In this document: positions 9,735-18,691 of the stretch, one piece after another
Layout: every line of letters begins with the position of its first letter
Numbering within the stretch: position 1 is the first letter of the stretch
Source of the DNA: Alphaproteobacteria bacterium
Lineage (GTDB): Bacteria; Pseudomonadota; Alphaproteobacteria; UBA828
Length of the DNA stretch: 24,000 nucleotides
Reading direction: 5' to 3'
NCBI GenBank assembly: GCA_965218275.1
Contig: CBDCKM010000002.1
Location: forward strand, 1,474,501-1,498,500
Program-made: the position numbers and the translations under genes
The notes under the pieces: generated by a model
Databases searched by the model: none
Told to the model about the DNA's origin: nothing
The model's input: the letters and a program-made list of their open reading frames with translations, nothing else

Positions 9735-10073
9735 TCAGCAGTCACGTCGGTCGAACACGTCGAAATCGAGGGCGAGGCGCTCGCCGAGCCAGAGCGGGTA
9801 GTCGCGGTGATCGGCCAGATCGTCGCCGGTGTCGGGATGGACGAGCACCGTGTGGCCGCGCCGGTTGAGCATCAGCCAGGGCACGATCTCGGCGAACATT
9901 GCCGGCGCGAACGCGGCCTGGAACATGGGCACCGGGTGCGGCCCCACCGGGCGGTCGCGCCAGCGCCCGAGCCGCACGGCGAAGCGCGCGATCAGCCCGG
10001 TGCGGATCGCCGCGGCGCTCCGCCTGGTCGCCGGCTCGTAGTAGATGTGGGCGTGGTAGCCGGTGATCTGCAC
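9735..10073 (-). CDS. DOPA 4,5-dioxygenase family protein (aromatic ring-cleaving dioxygenase-like)
   Basis: 112 aa. The N-terminal YHAHIYY motif and the later VLVHP segment are characteristic of the small DOPA-dioxygenase family. GTG start lies 11 nt after the grxD stop. Confidence 0.75.
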   Translation of the reverse strand: MQITGYHAHIYYEPATRRSAAAIRTGLIARFAVRLGRWRDRPVGPHPVPMFQAAFAPAMFAEIVPWLMLNRRGHTVLVHPDTGDDLADHRDYPLWLGERLALDFDVFDRRDC

Positions 10074-10084
10074 CGGCGGCGGGG

Positions 10085-10438
10085 TCAGGCCCGCGGCTCG
10101 ACGCCGACGCCCTTCGTGCTCAGGAACTCGGCGAGCTCGCCGGTCTCGTACATCTCGCGGACGATGTCGCAGCCGCCCACGAACTCGCCCTTGACGTAGA
10201 GCTGGGGGATCGTCGGCCAGTCGCTGAGGCTCTTGATGCCCTGGCGAATCTCCGGGTCCTCAAGCACGTCCACGCCCTTGAAGCGGACGCCGAGCAGCGA
10301 CAGCATCTGCACGACGGTGGCGGAGAAGCCGCACTGCGGGAACACCGGCGTCCCCTTCATGAACAGGACGACATCGTGCTCGTCGACGAGGCCCCGGATA
10401 CGGTTCTCGACCGGTGCGCTGGTCGTGGCCTGCATCAT
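10085..10438 (-). CDS. grxD: Grx4-family monothiol glutaredoxin
   Basis: CGFS active site (PQCGFSATV) and [19 protein letters not shown]. The start is trimmed to the ATG at 10438, preceded by AAGGGGA. Confidence 0.9.
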   Translation of the reverse strand: MMQATTSAPVENRIRGLVDEHDVVLFMKGTPVFPQCGFSATVVQMLSLLGVRFKGVDVLEDPEIRQGIKSLSDWPTIPQLYVKGEFVGGCDIVREMYETGELAEFLSTKGVGVEPRA

Positions 10439-10484
10439 GCGAATTCCCCTTTCGTTTCCGACAGTTCCGACGTTTCCGCCAGGC

Positions 10485-10724
10485 TCAGGCGTCGCTGGGA
10501 ACGCCGGTCTGCAAGGCAAGCGCGTGGAGCTGATCGCCCATGCGGCCGCGCAGCGCGCGATAGACCATCTGGTGCTGCTCCACCCGCGACTTCCCCGCGA
10601 ACGCGGCCGAGATCACGCGCGCCGCATAGTGATCGCCGTCGCCGCGCAGGTCGTCGATGTGAATCCGGGCGTCGGGCAACGCCTCCAGAATCAGCTGCTC
10701 GATCTCCTGCACGTCCATCGGCAT
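10485..10724 (-). CDS. BolA/IbaG family protein
   Basis: 79 aa with GDGDHY...[14 protein letters not shown]...LHALAL, typical of BolA. It sits in the conserved bolA-grxD pairing. Confidence 0.85.
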   Translation of the reverse strand: MPMDVQEIEQLILEALPDARIHIDDLRGDGDHYAARVISAAFAGKSRVEQHQMVYRALRGRMGDQLHALALQTGVPSDA

Positions 10725-10748
10725 CGGCGCTGCTCTCGGGCGCTGTCC

Positions 10749-12997
<2,249 letters not shown>

Positions 12998-13001
<4 letters not shown>

Positions 13002-13687
13002 GGGAGCGCCTCTGCCAGGGCATCGAACATGACGCGCCCGTCATCGCCGCCGAGCGCCGGGTCGGCGGCGCGTTCGGGATGCGGCATCAGGCCGAGCACC
13101 GTGCGGGCCGGGTTGAGAATGCCCGCGATATGGGCGGCGGAGCCGTTGGGGTTGGCGCCGGCGCCGGTTCGGCCCTCGCCGTCGACATAGCGGAAGGCGA
13201 CGAGGCCCTCGCCCTCCAGCCGGGCCAGCGTCTCCGGGTCCGCAAAATAGTTGCCGTCGTGATGGGCGACCGGCATGTGCACCACCTGGCCGGCCCGGTA
13301 GCCGGCGGTGAAGAGGCTTTCGGTCGTCTCTGCGCGCAGGCTCACCCAGCGGCAGACGAAGCGCAGCCCCGCATTGCGCATCAGCGCGCCGGGCAGCAGC
13401 CCCGCCTCGGCCGCCACCTGGAAGCCGTTGCAGATGGCCAGGAGAGGCACGCCGGCCCTGGCGCGCCGCACCACGTCCGCCATCACCGCAGAGCGCGCCG
13501 CCATGGCGCCGGCGCGCAGATAGTCGCCGTGGGCGAAGCCGCCGGGGAGCACGATCAGGTCGCACGCGGGCAGCGCCGGCTCGTCGTGCCAGACCATGGC
13601 CGGCGCCCGGCCTGAACTGGCCTCCAGCGCCACCATGACATCGCGGTCGCAGTTGGAGCCGGGAAAGACGATGACGGCGGACTTCAC
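12998..13687 (-). CDS. purQ: phosphoribosylformylglycinamidine synthase subunit PurQ (glutaminase)
   Basis: 229 aa class I amidotransferase with [12 protein letters not shown], the nucleophile context LAICNGFQ and LMPHPER. GTG start at 13687 with GAGGGA 9 nt upstream. Confidence 0.93.
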
Positions 13688-13690
13688 TTA

Positions 13691-14023
13691 TATTTTTCCC
13701 TCAGGCGCCGGGCGCTAAGATTCTTTATCTTTCCCTCAATCGCCGGGCGCTCGCTCCGCTCGCTTGGCTCCGCGCCTTGCGGCGCGCCGGCGCGGTCGCG
13801 CCGGCCGGGCCGCTGCGCGGCCCGGTCCCGTTTACATCCCCCACCTTGGGGCCGCCGGGCGTACTTCTTTGTTTTCCCTCAGGCGCCGGGCGCTCGCTCC
13901 GCTCGCTTGGCTCCGCGCCTTGCGGCGCGCCGGCGCGGTCGCGCCGGCCGGGCCGCTGCGCGGCCCGGTCCCGTTCACATCCCACACCTTGCGGCCGCCG
14001 GGGGAGCCGCCGGGCGCTCGTGG
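13691..14023. repeat. tandem repeat array, about 143-bp period (head-only copy, two full copies, degenerate head)
   Basis: 13731-13859 aligns to 13874-14002 at offset 143 with 5 mismatches in 129 nt by hand alignment. The 21-nt head TTCCCTCAGGCGCCGGGCGCT recurs at 13696-13716, and a degenerate head at 14006-14023. Units contain GC hairpins, for example CCGGGCCGC-TGC-GCGGCCCGG. Confidence 0.9.
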
Positions 14024-14037
14024 CCGGTGCGGCTTTC

Positions 14038-14086
14038 GTCCCCTCTCCGCCCTTCAGGGGGGAGAGGGACAGGGTGAGGTGGGTGG
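14038..14086. repeat. GGGGAGAGGG-type extragenic palindrome with GGGTGAGG tail
   Basis: GTCCCCTCTCCGCCC-TTCA-GGGGGGAGAGGGAC forms an imperfect hairpin of about 13 bp and is followed by AGGGTGAGGTGGGTGG. It lies just downstream of the purS stop. It resembles a repeat family I recall from Rhizobiales genomes, which is recollection and not verified. Confidence 0.55.
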
Positions 14087-14107
14087 TGCGGTCCGCAGGA
14101 CGCCGGC

Positions 14108-14350
14108 TCATTCGGCGAGGTCGATGGTGTAGTCCTCGATCACGGTGTTGGCGAGCAGGCGCGCGCACATGGCGTCGAGCTGCGCCCGCGCCGTCGCCGG
14201 GTCGGTCTCGGCGAGGTCGAGCTCAAGATACTTGCCCTGGCGCACGTCGCCCACGCCGGCGAACCCCATGCGCGCGAGGGTCGCCGCGATCGCCTTGCCT
14301 TGGGGGTCGAGAACGCCGGGCTTGAGGGTGATATGGACTCGGGCGCGCAC
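14108..14350 (-). CDS. purS: phosphoribosylformylglycinamidine synthase subunit PurS
   Basis: 80 aa. VHITLKPGVLDPQGKAI...LA and the size and position next to purC and purQ fit PurS. Confidence 0.9.
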   Translation of the reverse strand: MRARVHITLKPGVLDPQGKAIAATLARMGFAGVGDVRQGKYLELDLAETDPATARAQLDAMCARLLANTVIEDYTIDLAE

Positions 14351-14356
14351 GCGGTC

Positions 14357-15145
14357 TCAGGTGCTCTCGTCGTCGTCGCCGTCCTTGGCGCGGGCGCGGG
14401 CGGGCAGCTCATGGACCACCGCCTCGGGCATCAGCCCTAAGCGCCGGGCGACTTCCTGATAGGCCTCGGAGACCCGCCCGAGGTCGCGGCGGAAGCGGTC
14501 CTTGTCCAGCTTCTCGTCGGTCTCCAGGTCCCACAGCCGGCAGCTGTCGGGGGTGATCTCGTCGGCGAGCACGATGCGCATGTCCTCGCCGTGCCAGAGC
14601 CGCCCGAATTCCAGCTTGAAGTCCACCAGCCTGATGCCGATGCCGTAGAAGAGCCCGCTGAGGAAGTCGTTGATGCGCAGCGACATGGAGAGGATGTCGT
14701 CGAGCTCCTGCGGCGTGGCCCAGCCGAAGGCGGTGATGTGCTCCTCCGAGACCAGCGGGTCGTCGAGCTCGTCGTTCTTGTAGCAGTATTCGACGATGGA
14801 GCGCGGAAGCTGCGCGCCCTCCTTGAGGCCGAGCCGCTCGACCAGGGTGCCGGCGGCGAAATTGCGGATGATCACCTCGACCGGGATGATCTCCACCTCG
14901 CGGATCAGCTGCTCCCGCATGTTGAGCCGGCGCATGAAGTGGGTGGGCACGCCGATCTCGTTGAGGCGCGCCATCAGGTGCTCGGAGATGCGGTTGTTGA
15001 GCACGCCCTTGCCGGTGATCACGCCCTTCTTCTTGTTGTTGAAGGCGCTGGCGTCGTCCTTGAAATACTGCACCAGGGTGCCGGGCTCCGGCCCTTCGTA
15101 GAGGACCTTCGCCTTGCCTTCGTAGATCCGCCTGCGACGGGACAT
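14357..15145 (-). CDS. purC: phosphoribosylaminoimidazole-succinocarboxamide (SAICAR) synthase
   Basis: [34 protein letters not shown]... is typical PurC. The start is trimmed from 15316 to the ATG at 15145 ([13 protein letters not shown]). The upstream part of the track ORF has no PurC similarity. Confidence 0.9.
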   Translation of the reverse strand: MSRRRRIYEGKAKVLYEGPEPGTLVQYFKDDASAFNNKKKGVITGKGVLNNRISEHLMARLNEIGVPTHFMRRLNMREQLIREVEIIPVEVIIRNFAAGTLVERLGLKEGAQLPRSIVEYCYKNDELDDPLVSEEHITAFGWATPQELDDILSMSLRINDFLSGLFYGIGIRLVDFKLEFGRLWHGEDMRIVLADEITPDSCRLWDLETDEKLDKDRFRRDLGRVSEAYQEVARRLGLMPEAVVHELPARARAKDGDDDEST

Positions 15146-15211
15146 GAATGGAATCCTCGGACCGGGGTGTCGGCGCCGGGACGGCGCGATCTTCCCACCC
15201 GGTACCCCGCC

Positions 15212-15240
15212 ACCATAGTCGTGGCAAGGGGCCAGTACAA
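15212..15240 (-). promoter_or_regulatory. candidate sigma70-type promoter for purC (TTGTAC-N17-TATGGT on minus strand)
   Basis: The minus strand reads TTGTAC (15240-15235), a 17-nt spacer, then TATGGT (15217-15212), about 65 nt upstream of the purC ATG. Sequence match only. Confidence 0.3.
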
Positions 15241-15322
15241 TCGCCCGTCCTCGAATTCCCCGTGCGTCCAGGCGCGCGGCGTTCCCTGGCTCTCGGAGCG
15301 CGGCCGCCGCCGGCATGGAGCT

Positions 15323-16072
15323 CTACATCTCAACCTTTTCAAAGGCATGGCGATTCGGAGGCCCGGATGCGAAGAGCCAGACCGGGGCGGCGCCGGGCCG
15401 GCCGGGGCGCGGCAGCGCGATGAGCGAGGCGTTGACCGTGCCGAATCCATGCGCCGGCTCGACGCACATCGCGGCCTCCGGGTCGCCGCCCGAGTCGTCC
15501 GCCCCCCGCGCGACCAGCGCCGCCCAGGACTGCCAGTCGCCATGCGCGGGATCGGGAGGCGGCGCCGCCTCGAAGTCGCTCAGGTGGGTGCGGATGCGCG
15601 CAGACTTAGAGTCGTTGCGCTCGCGCGCCGTGAACATGGAGAGACCCTCGGGCAGCGGGCGGGAGACCGGCGCGGCGGCGCCGTCGTGGCGCAGCCAGAA
15701 GGCCTCCTCCGAGTCCGCCACCACGAGGTTGAAGGGACGGTAGGCGGCGCCGTCGATGTCCGCGAGCGCGCCCGCTGCGGCCGCGGCGTCCGCGTGGTCG
15801 AGCGCGTCCAGCACGAGCTCGCCCCGCGAGCGCTTGCCCGGCGCGGGGCCGAGCGCGCCGGTGCGGTTCAGGATGCCGACGCAGACAGCGTCGTCGTTGA
15901 CGCCGAGCCAGCTGCCGCCGGCGAGCCGGTCCCGGCCCGCGCTCACCTGCGCACGGTCGGGCCAGTGGCGGCCCGGCGGTTGCCACGGGCGGTCGATCAT
16001 CTCGTCGCGGTTGGCGGCGATCAGCACCGGCCAGTCGTGACCGGGGCGGCGCAGGATGACGAGGGTGCACAT
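15323..16072 (-). CDS. NRDE family protein (TANGO2/DUF833-like)
   Basis: The N-terminus MCTLVIL...VLIAANRDEM contains the eponymous NRDE motif and the N-terminal Cys. The start is trimmed to the ATG at 16072. Confidence 0.8.
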   Translation of the reverse strand: MCTLVILRRPGHDWPVLIAANRDEMIDRPWQPPGRHWPDRAQVSAGRDRLAGGSWLGVNDDAVCVGILNRTGALGPAPGKRSRGELVLDALDHADAAAAAGALADIDGAAYRPFNLVVADSEEAFWLRHDGAAAPVSRPLPEGLSMFTARERNDSKSARIRTHLSDFEAAPPPDPAHGDWQSWAALVARGADDSGGDPEAAMCVEPAHGFGTVNASLIALPRPGRPGAAPVWLFASGPPNRHAFEKVEM

Positions 16073-16194
16073 GACGCTCAGCCGGCGGCGGCGCCCCGCC
16101 GGGCAACCCCCTGGGCATCCCGCCGGGCGTGGACCGGGGCGGGTCTCTCTGGCACAATGGGCGTGCATCCAATCATCTGCCGGGAGCCTGGGGC

Positions 16195-16515
16195 ATGAAC
16201 ACGTTCGACGACCGCAAGAATGCCGCCGAGGCGAAGTTCAAGCACGATCAGGAGTTTCAGTTCAAGGTCATCGCCCGGCGCAACAAGCTTCTCGGCCTGT
16301 GGGCGGCGGAGAAGATGGGGATCGCGGGCGAGGACGCCGAGGCCTATGCCAAGCAGGTGGTCATGGCCGATTTCGAGGAACCGGGCGACGAGGACGTGGT
16401 GCGCAAGGTGCTCGGCGACCTGACGCAGAAGGGCGTCGAGGCGGACGGCCCCCTGATCCGCAGCCAGATGGAGCGCCTGCTCGACGAGGCCAAGGGCCAG
16501 CTCTCCGCCGAGTAG
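16195..16515 (+). CDS. DUF1476 protein, homologue of the alphaproteobacterial F1-ATPase inhibitor zeta subunit
   Basis: MNTFDDRKNAAEAKFKHDQEFQFKVIARRNKLLGLWAA...DFEEPGDEDVVRK closely parallels the Paracoccus denitrificans zeta subunit as I recall it (MTTFDDRERAHEAKFAHD...ARRNRLLGEWAA...DFDEPGDEDVFRK). The ATG at 16195 is preceded by GGGAG. Confidence 0.85.
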   Translation: MNTFDDRKNAAEAKFKHDQEFQFKVIARRNKLLGLWAAEKMGIAGEDAEAYAKQVVMADFEEPGDEDVVRKVLGDLTQKGVEADGPLIRSQMERLLDEAKGQLSAE

Positions 16516-16556
16516 CGCGCGCCGACCTCCCCGATCGTCGCCGTCAGGCAACGCCG

Positions 16557-17081
16557 GTGAATGGTGCCGGCCCCGGCTGGGGCGTCCACGCGCACCGCGC
16601 GCTCGGCGCCGCCGGCATCCGCCAGGTCGGCTATGTGCCGGACGCGGGCCTCGCCGAGCTGCTCGGGCTCTGTGCCGCCGACGCGGCCATGCGCACGGTG
16701 CTGCTCGCCCACGAGCAGGAAGGCCCCGCGCTTGCCGCCGGCGCCTGGCTCGGGGGGACACGCGCGGTGCTGTTGATTCAGTCGAGCGGGGTCGGCAACT
16801 GCGTCGCCGCGCTCTCGCTGATCCGCACCTGCCGCTTCCCTTTCCTCAGCATCGTCGCGATGCGGGGCGAGTGGGGCGAGACCAATCCCTGGCAGCTGCC
16901 CATGGGCCAGGGGACAGAAGCCCACCTCACGCAATGCGGTGCGATCGTCTCGCGCGTGGACGACCCGGCGGACGCGTTCGAGACTGTCGCTGCCGCCGCC
17001 GCGATCGCCTTCGAGAGCCAGGCGGCCGCGGCCGTGCTCATCGGCCAGCGCGTGATCGGCGCCAAGAGTTTTGGCGGATGA
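16557..17081 (+). CDS. ThDP-dependent decarboxylase, alpha (pyrimidine-binding) subunit, sulfopyruvate/phosphonopyruvate decarboxylase-like
   Basis: 174 aa with GYVPDAGL...HEQEGPALAAGAWLGG...LLIQSSGVGN, typical of ComD-type N-terminal ThDP domains. GTG at 16557 is the only plausible in-frame start and has no clear SD, so the start is uncertain. Confidence 0.65.
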   Translation: MNGAGPGWGVHAHRALGAAGIRQVGYVPDAGLAELLGLCAADAAMRTVLLAHEQEGPALAAGAWLGGTRAVLLIQSSGVGNCVAALSLIRTCRFPFLSIVAMRGEWGETNPWQLPMGQGTEAHLTQCGAIVSRVDDPADAFETVAAAAAIAFESQAAAAVLIGQRVIGAKSFGG

Positions 17082-17683
17082 GCGCGCGGGAAGGGCCGGA
17101 GACGAGCCTCGACCGCCGTGCGGCCGTGGCGCTGCTGCTCGCCGGCAGGGACGACGTGCTGGTCGTTCCGGGCCTGGGCTCCGCCACCTGGGACTGCGCC
17201 GCGCTCGGCGACAACCCGCTCCACTTCTCGCTCTGGGGCGCGATGGGCAACGCGTCGATGATCGGCCTCGGCCTCGCGCTGGCGCAGCCCGCGCGCCGCG
17301 TCCTGGTGCTGACCGGCGACGGCGACATGCTGATGGGCCTCGGCAGCCTCGCCACCATCGCGACGCAGGCGCCGCCGAATCTGTGCGTGGTCGTCCTCGA
17401 CAACGAGCGCCACGGCGAGACCGGGATGCAGCCCAGTCATACGGCGTATCGCACCGACCTCGCCGCCGCCGCCGCCGCCTGCGGCTTCTCGCACGCGCGG
17501 ACGGTCACGGACGAGGCCGGCCTCCGCGCGGCGCTGCCGCTGGTGCACGAAGAGCCGGGCCCCGTCTTCGTCACGCTCAAGGTGCAGGCCGAGCCGCTCC
17601 CCCGCGTCCTCCCACCCCGCGACGGCGCCTACCTCAAGGACCGCTTCCGCGCGGCGTTGCTCGGTGCCGGCGCCGCCCTCTGA
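17078..17683 (+). CDS. ThDP-dependent decarboxylase, beta (pyrophosphate-binding) subunit, ComE-like
   Basis: 201 aa with the ThDP motif GDGDMLMGLGSLATIATQAPPNLCVVVLDNERHGETG (GDG...N). The ATG at 17078 overlaps the upstream stop (ATGA), implying translational coupling. Confidence 0.8.
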   Translation: MSAREGPETSLDRRAAVALLLAGRDDVLVVPGLGSATWDCAALGDNPLHFSLWGAMGNASMIGLGLALAQPARRVLVLTGDGDMLMGLGSLATIATQAPPNLCVVVLDNERHGETGMQPSHTAYRTDLAAAAAACGFSHARTVTDEAGLRAALPLVHEEPGPVFVTLKVQAEPLPRVLPPRDGAYLKDRFRAALLGAGAAL

Positions 17684-17775
17684 CCTCGTCACCCATCGCC
17701 CCTCTCCCCTTGACCCGCCCCCTGATCGGGGATATGTCATGGGCGACTCCCCCTGGGGTTTCGACCGCAGGGCGC

Positions 17776-17808
17776 GGGGCCTCCTCGGAGGCCCCGTCTT
17801 CTTTTTTG
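17776..17808 (+). terminator. Rho-independent terminator
   Basis: GGGGCCTC-CTCG-GAGGCCCC (8-bp GC stem) is followed by GTCTTCTTTTTTGG. It lies about 90 nt downstream of the ComE-like stop, between convergent genes. Confidence 0.7.
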
Positions 17809-17875
17809 GGGACACCCCATCCGCAAGCCTCGCGACTGGTAGCGCCGGCCGGCGCCCCCCCCCGGACGCCCCCGC

Positions 17876-18634
17876 TCAGTAACGCCCGACGGCGAGGCCG
17901 CCGTCGACGATGATGGTCTGGCCGCTCACATAGCGCGCGCCGCGGGAGCAGAGGAAGAGGATCACATCGGCGATGTCGTCGGCCTCGCCGTGGCGGCCGA
18001 GGGGGATGTAGGCCGATGCCGCCTCCAGCCCCGCGAGGCCGACCGAGTGCACGGTCGAGAGCGCCTGCGCGGTCTTGATGAAGCCGGGCGCGATGCCGTT
18101 GACGCGGATGCCGTCGCCGCCCAGGTCGCAGGCGAGGCCGCGCACCAGCCCGACCACCCCCGCCTTGGCCGCGTTGTACTGCACGTGATCGTGCCAGCCA
18201 TAGGTGGTGCCCATGATCGAGGAGACGGCGACCATCGCGCCGCGCTTCGCCTGACGCATCGCCGGCGCGGCGGCGCGGCAGAGGCGGAACACGCCCTTGA
18301 GGTCCACGTCGAGGGTCTGGTCCCACTTGTCGTCGGTCATCTCCGAGAGCAGCACCTTGTGGGCGATGCCGGCATTGGCGACCACCGCGTCGAGCGCGCC
18401 GGTGGCGGCTTCCGCAGCCGCGACGGCGGCGTCGACATTGGCGCTGTCGGTCACATCGACATGGCTGTAACCCGCGCTGCCTCCCGCCGCCTCGATCGCG
18501 GCGACGGTCTCCCTGCCGTCCGCGTCGAGCACGTCGGTGACATAGACGTGATAGCCCGCCCGGCCGAAGGCGAGCGCGGTGGCCGCGCCGATGCCGATTC
18601 CGGCGCCGCTGATCATGACGGTCGGCTTGCTCAT
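17876..18634 (-). CDS. SDR family oxidoreductase
   Basis: 252 aa with the cofactor motif SGAGIGIGAA, NAGI and the catalytic YNAAKAG. AGAGGAG lies 6 nt upstream of the ATG. Confidence 0.9.
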   Translation of the reverse strand: MSKPTVMISGAGIGIGAATALAFGRAGYHVYVTDVLDADGRETVAAIEAAGGSAGYSHVDVTDSANVDAAVAAAEAATGALDAVVANAGIAHKVLLSEMTDDKWDQTLDVDLKGVFRLCRAAAPAMRQAKRGAMVAVSSIMGTTYGWHDHVQYNAAKAGVVGLVRGLACDLGGDGIRVNGIAPGFIKTAQALSTVHSVGLAGLEAASAYIPLGRHGEADDIADVILFLCSRGARYVSGQTIIVDGGLAVGRY

Positions 18635-18691
18635 GAAGTGCTCCTCTTGCCGGCGGGCCCACGACCGGCCCCGCCCGTTGCTCCCCCGGTC

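Noticed and set aside
13691-14023. Tandem repeats considered as a possible CRISPR array.
   Set aside because: The units are contiguous at about 143 bp with no unique spacers and only about 2 full copies. No cas genes are present in the window.
13725-14325. ORFs 13725..14168(-), 13764..14132(+) and 13777..14325(+) spanning the purQ-purS spacer, with internally repeated peptides.
   Set aside because: They are translations of the 143-bp tandem DNA repeat and the GGGGAGAGGG palindrome. They are low-complexity, have no RBS, and one runs antisense into purS.
15146-15322. Possible ZTP (pfl) or purine riboswitch in the 177-nt purC upstream region.
   Set aside because: Only a CGCCTGG heptamer resembles the recalled ZTP 3' motif. 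It lies upstream of the other weakly similar segment (wrong order) and upstream of the candidate promoter. I cannot build the conserved pseudoknot architecture by eye. An Rfam cmscan would settle it.
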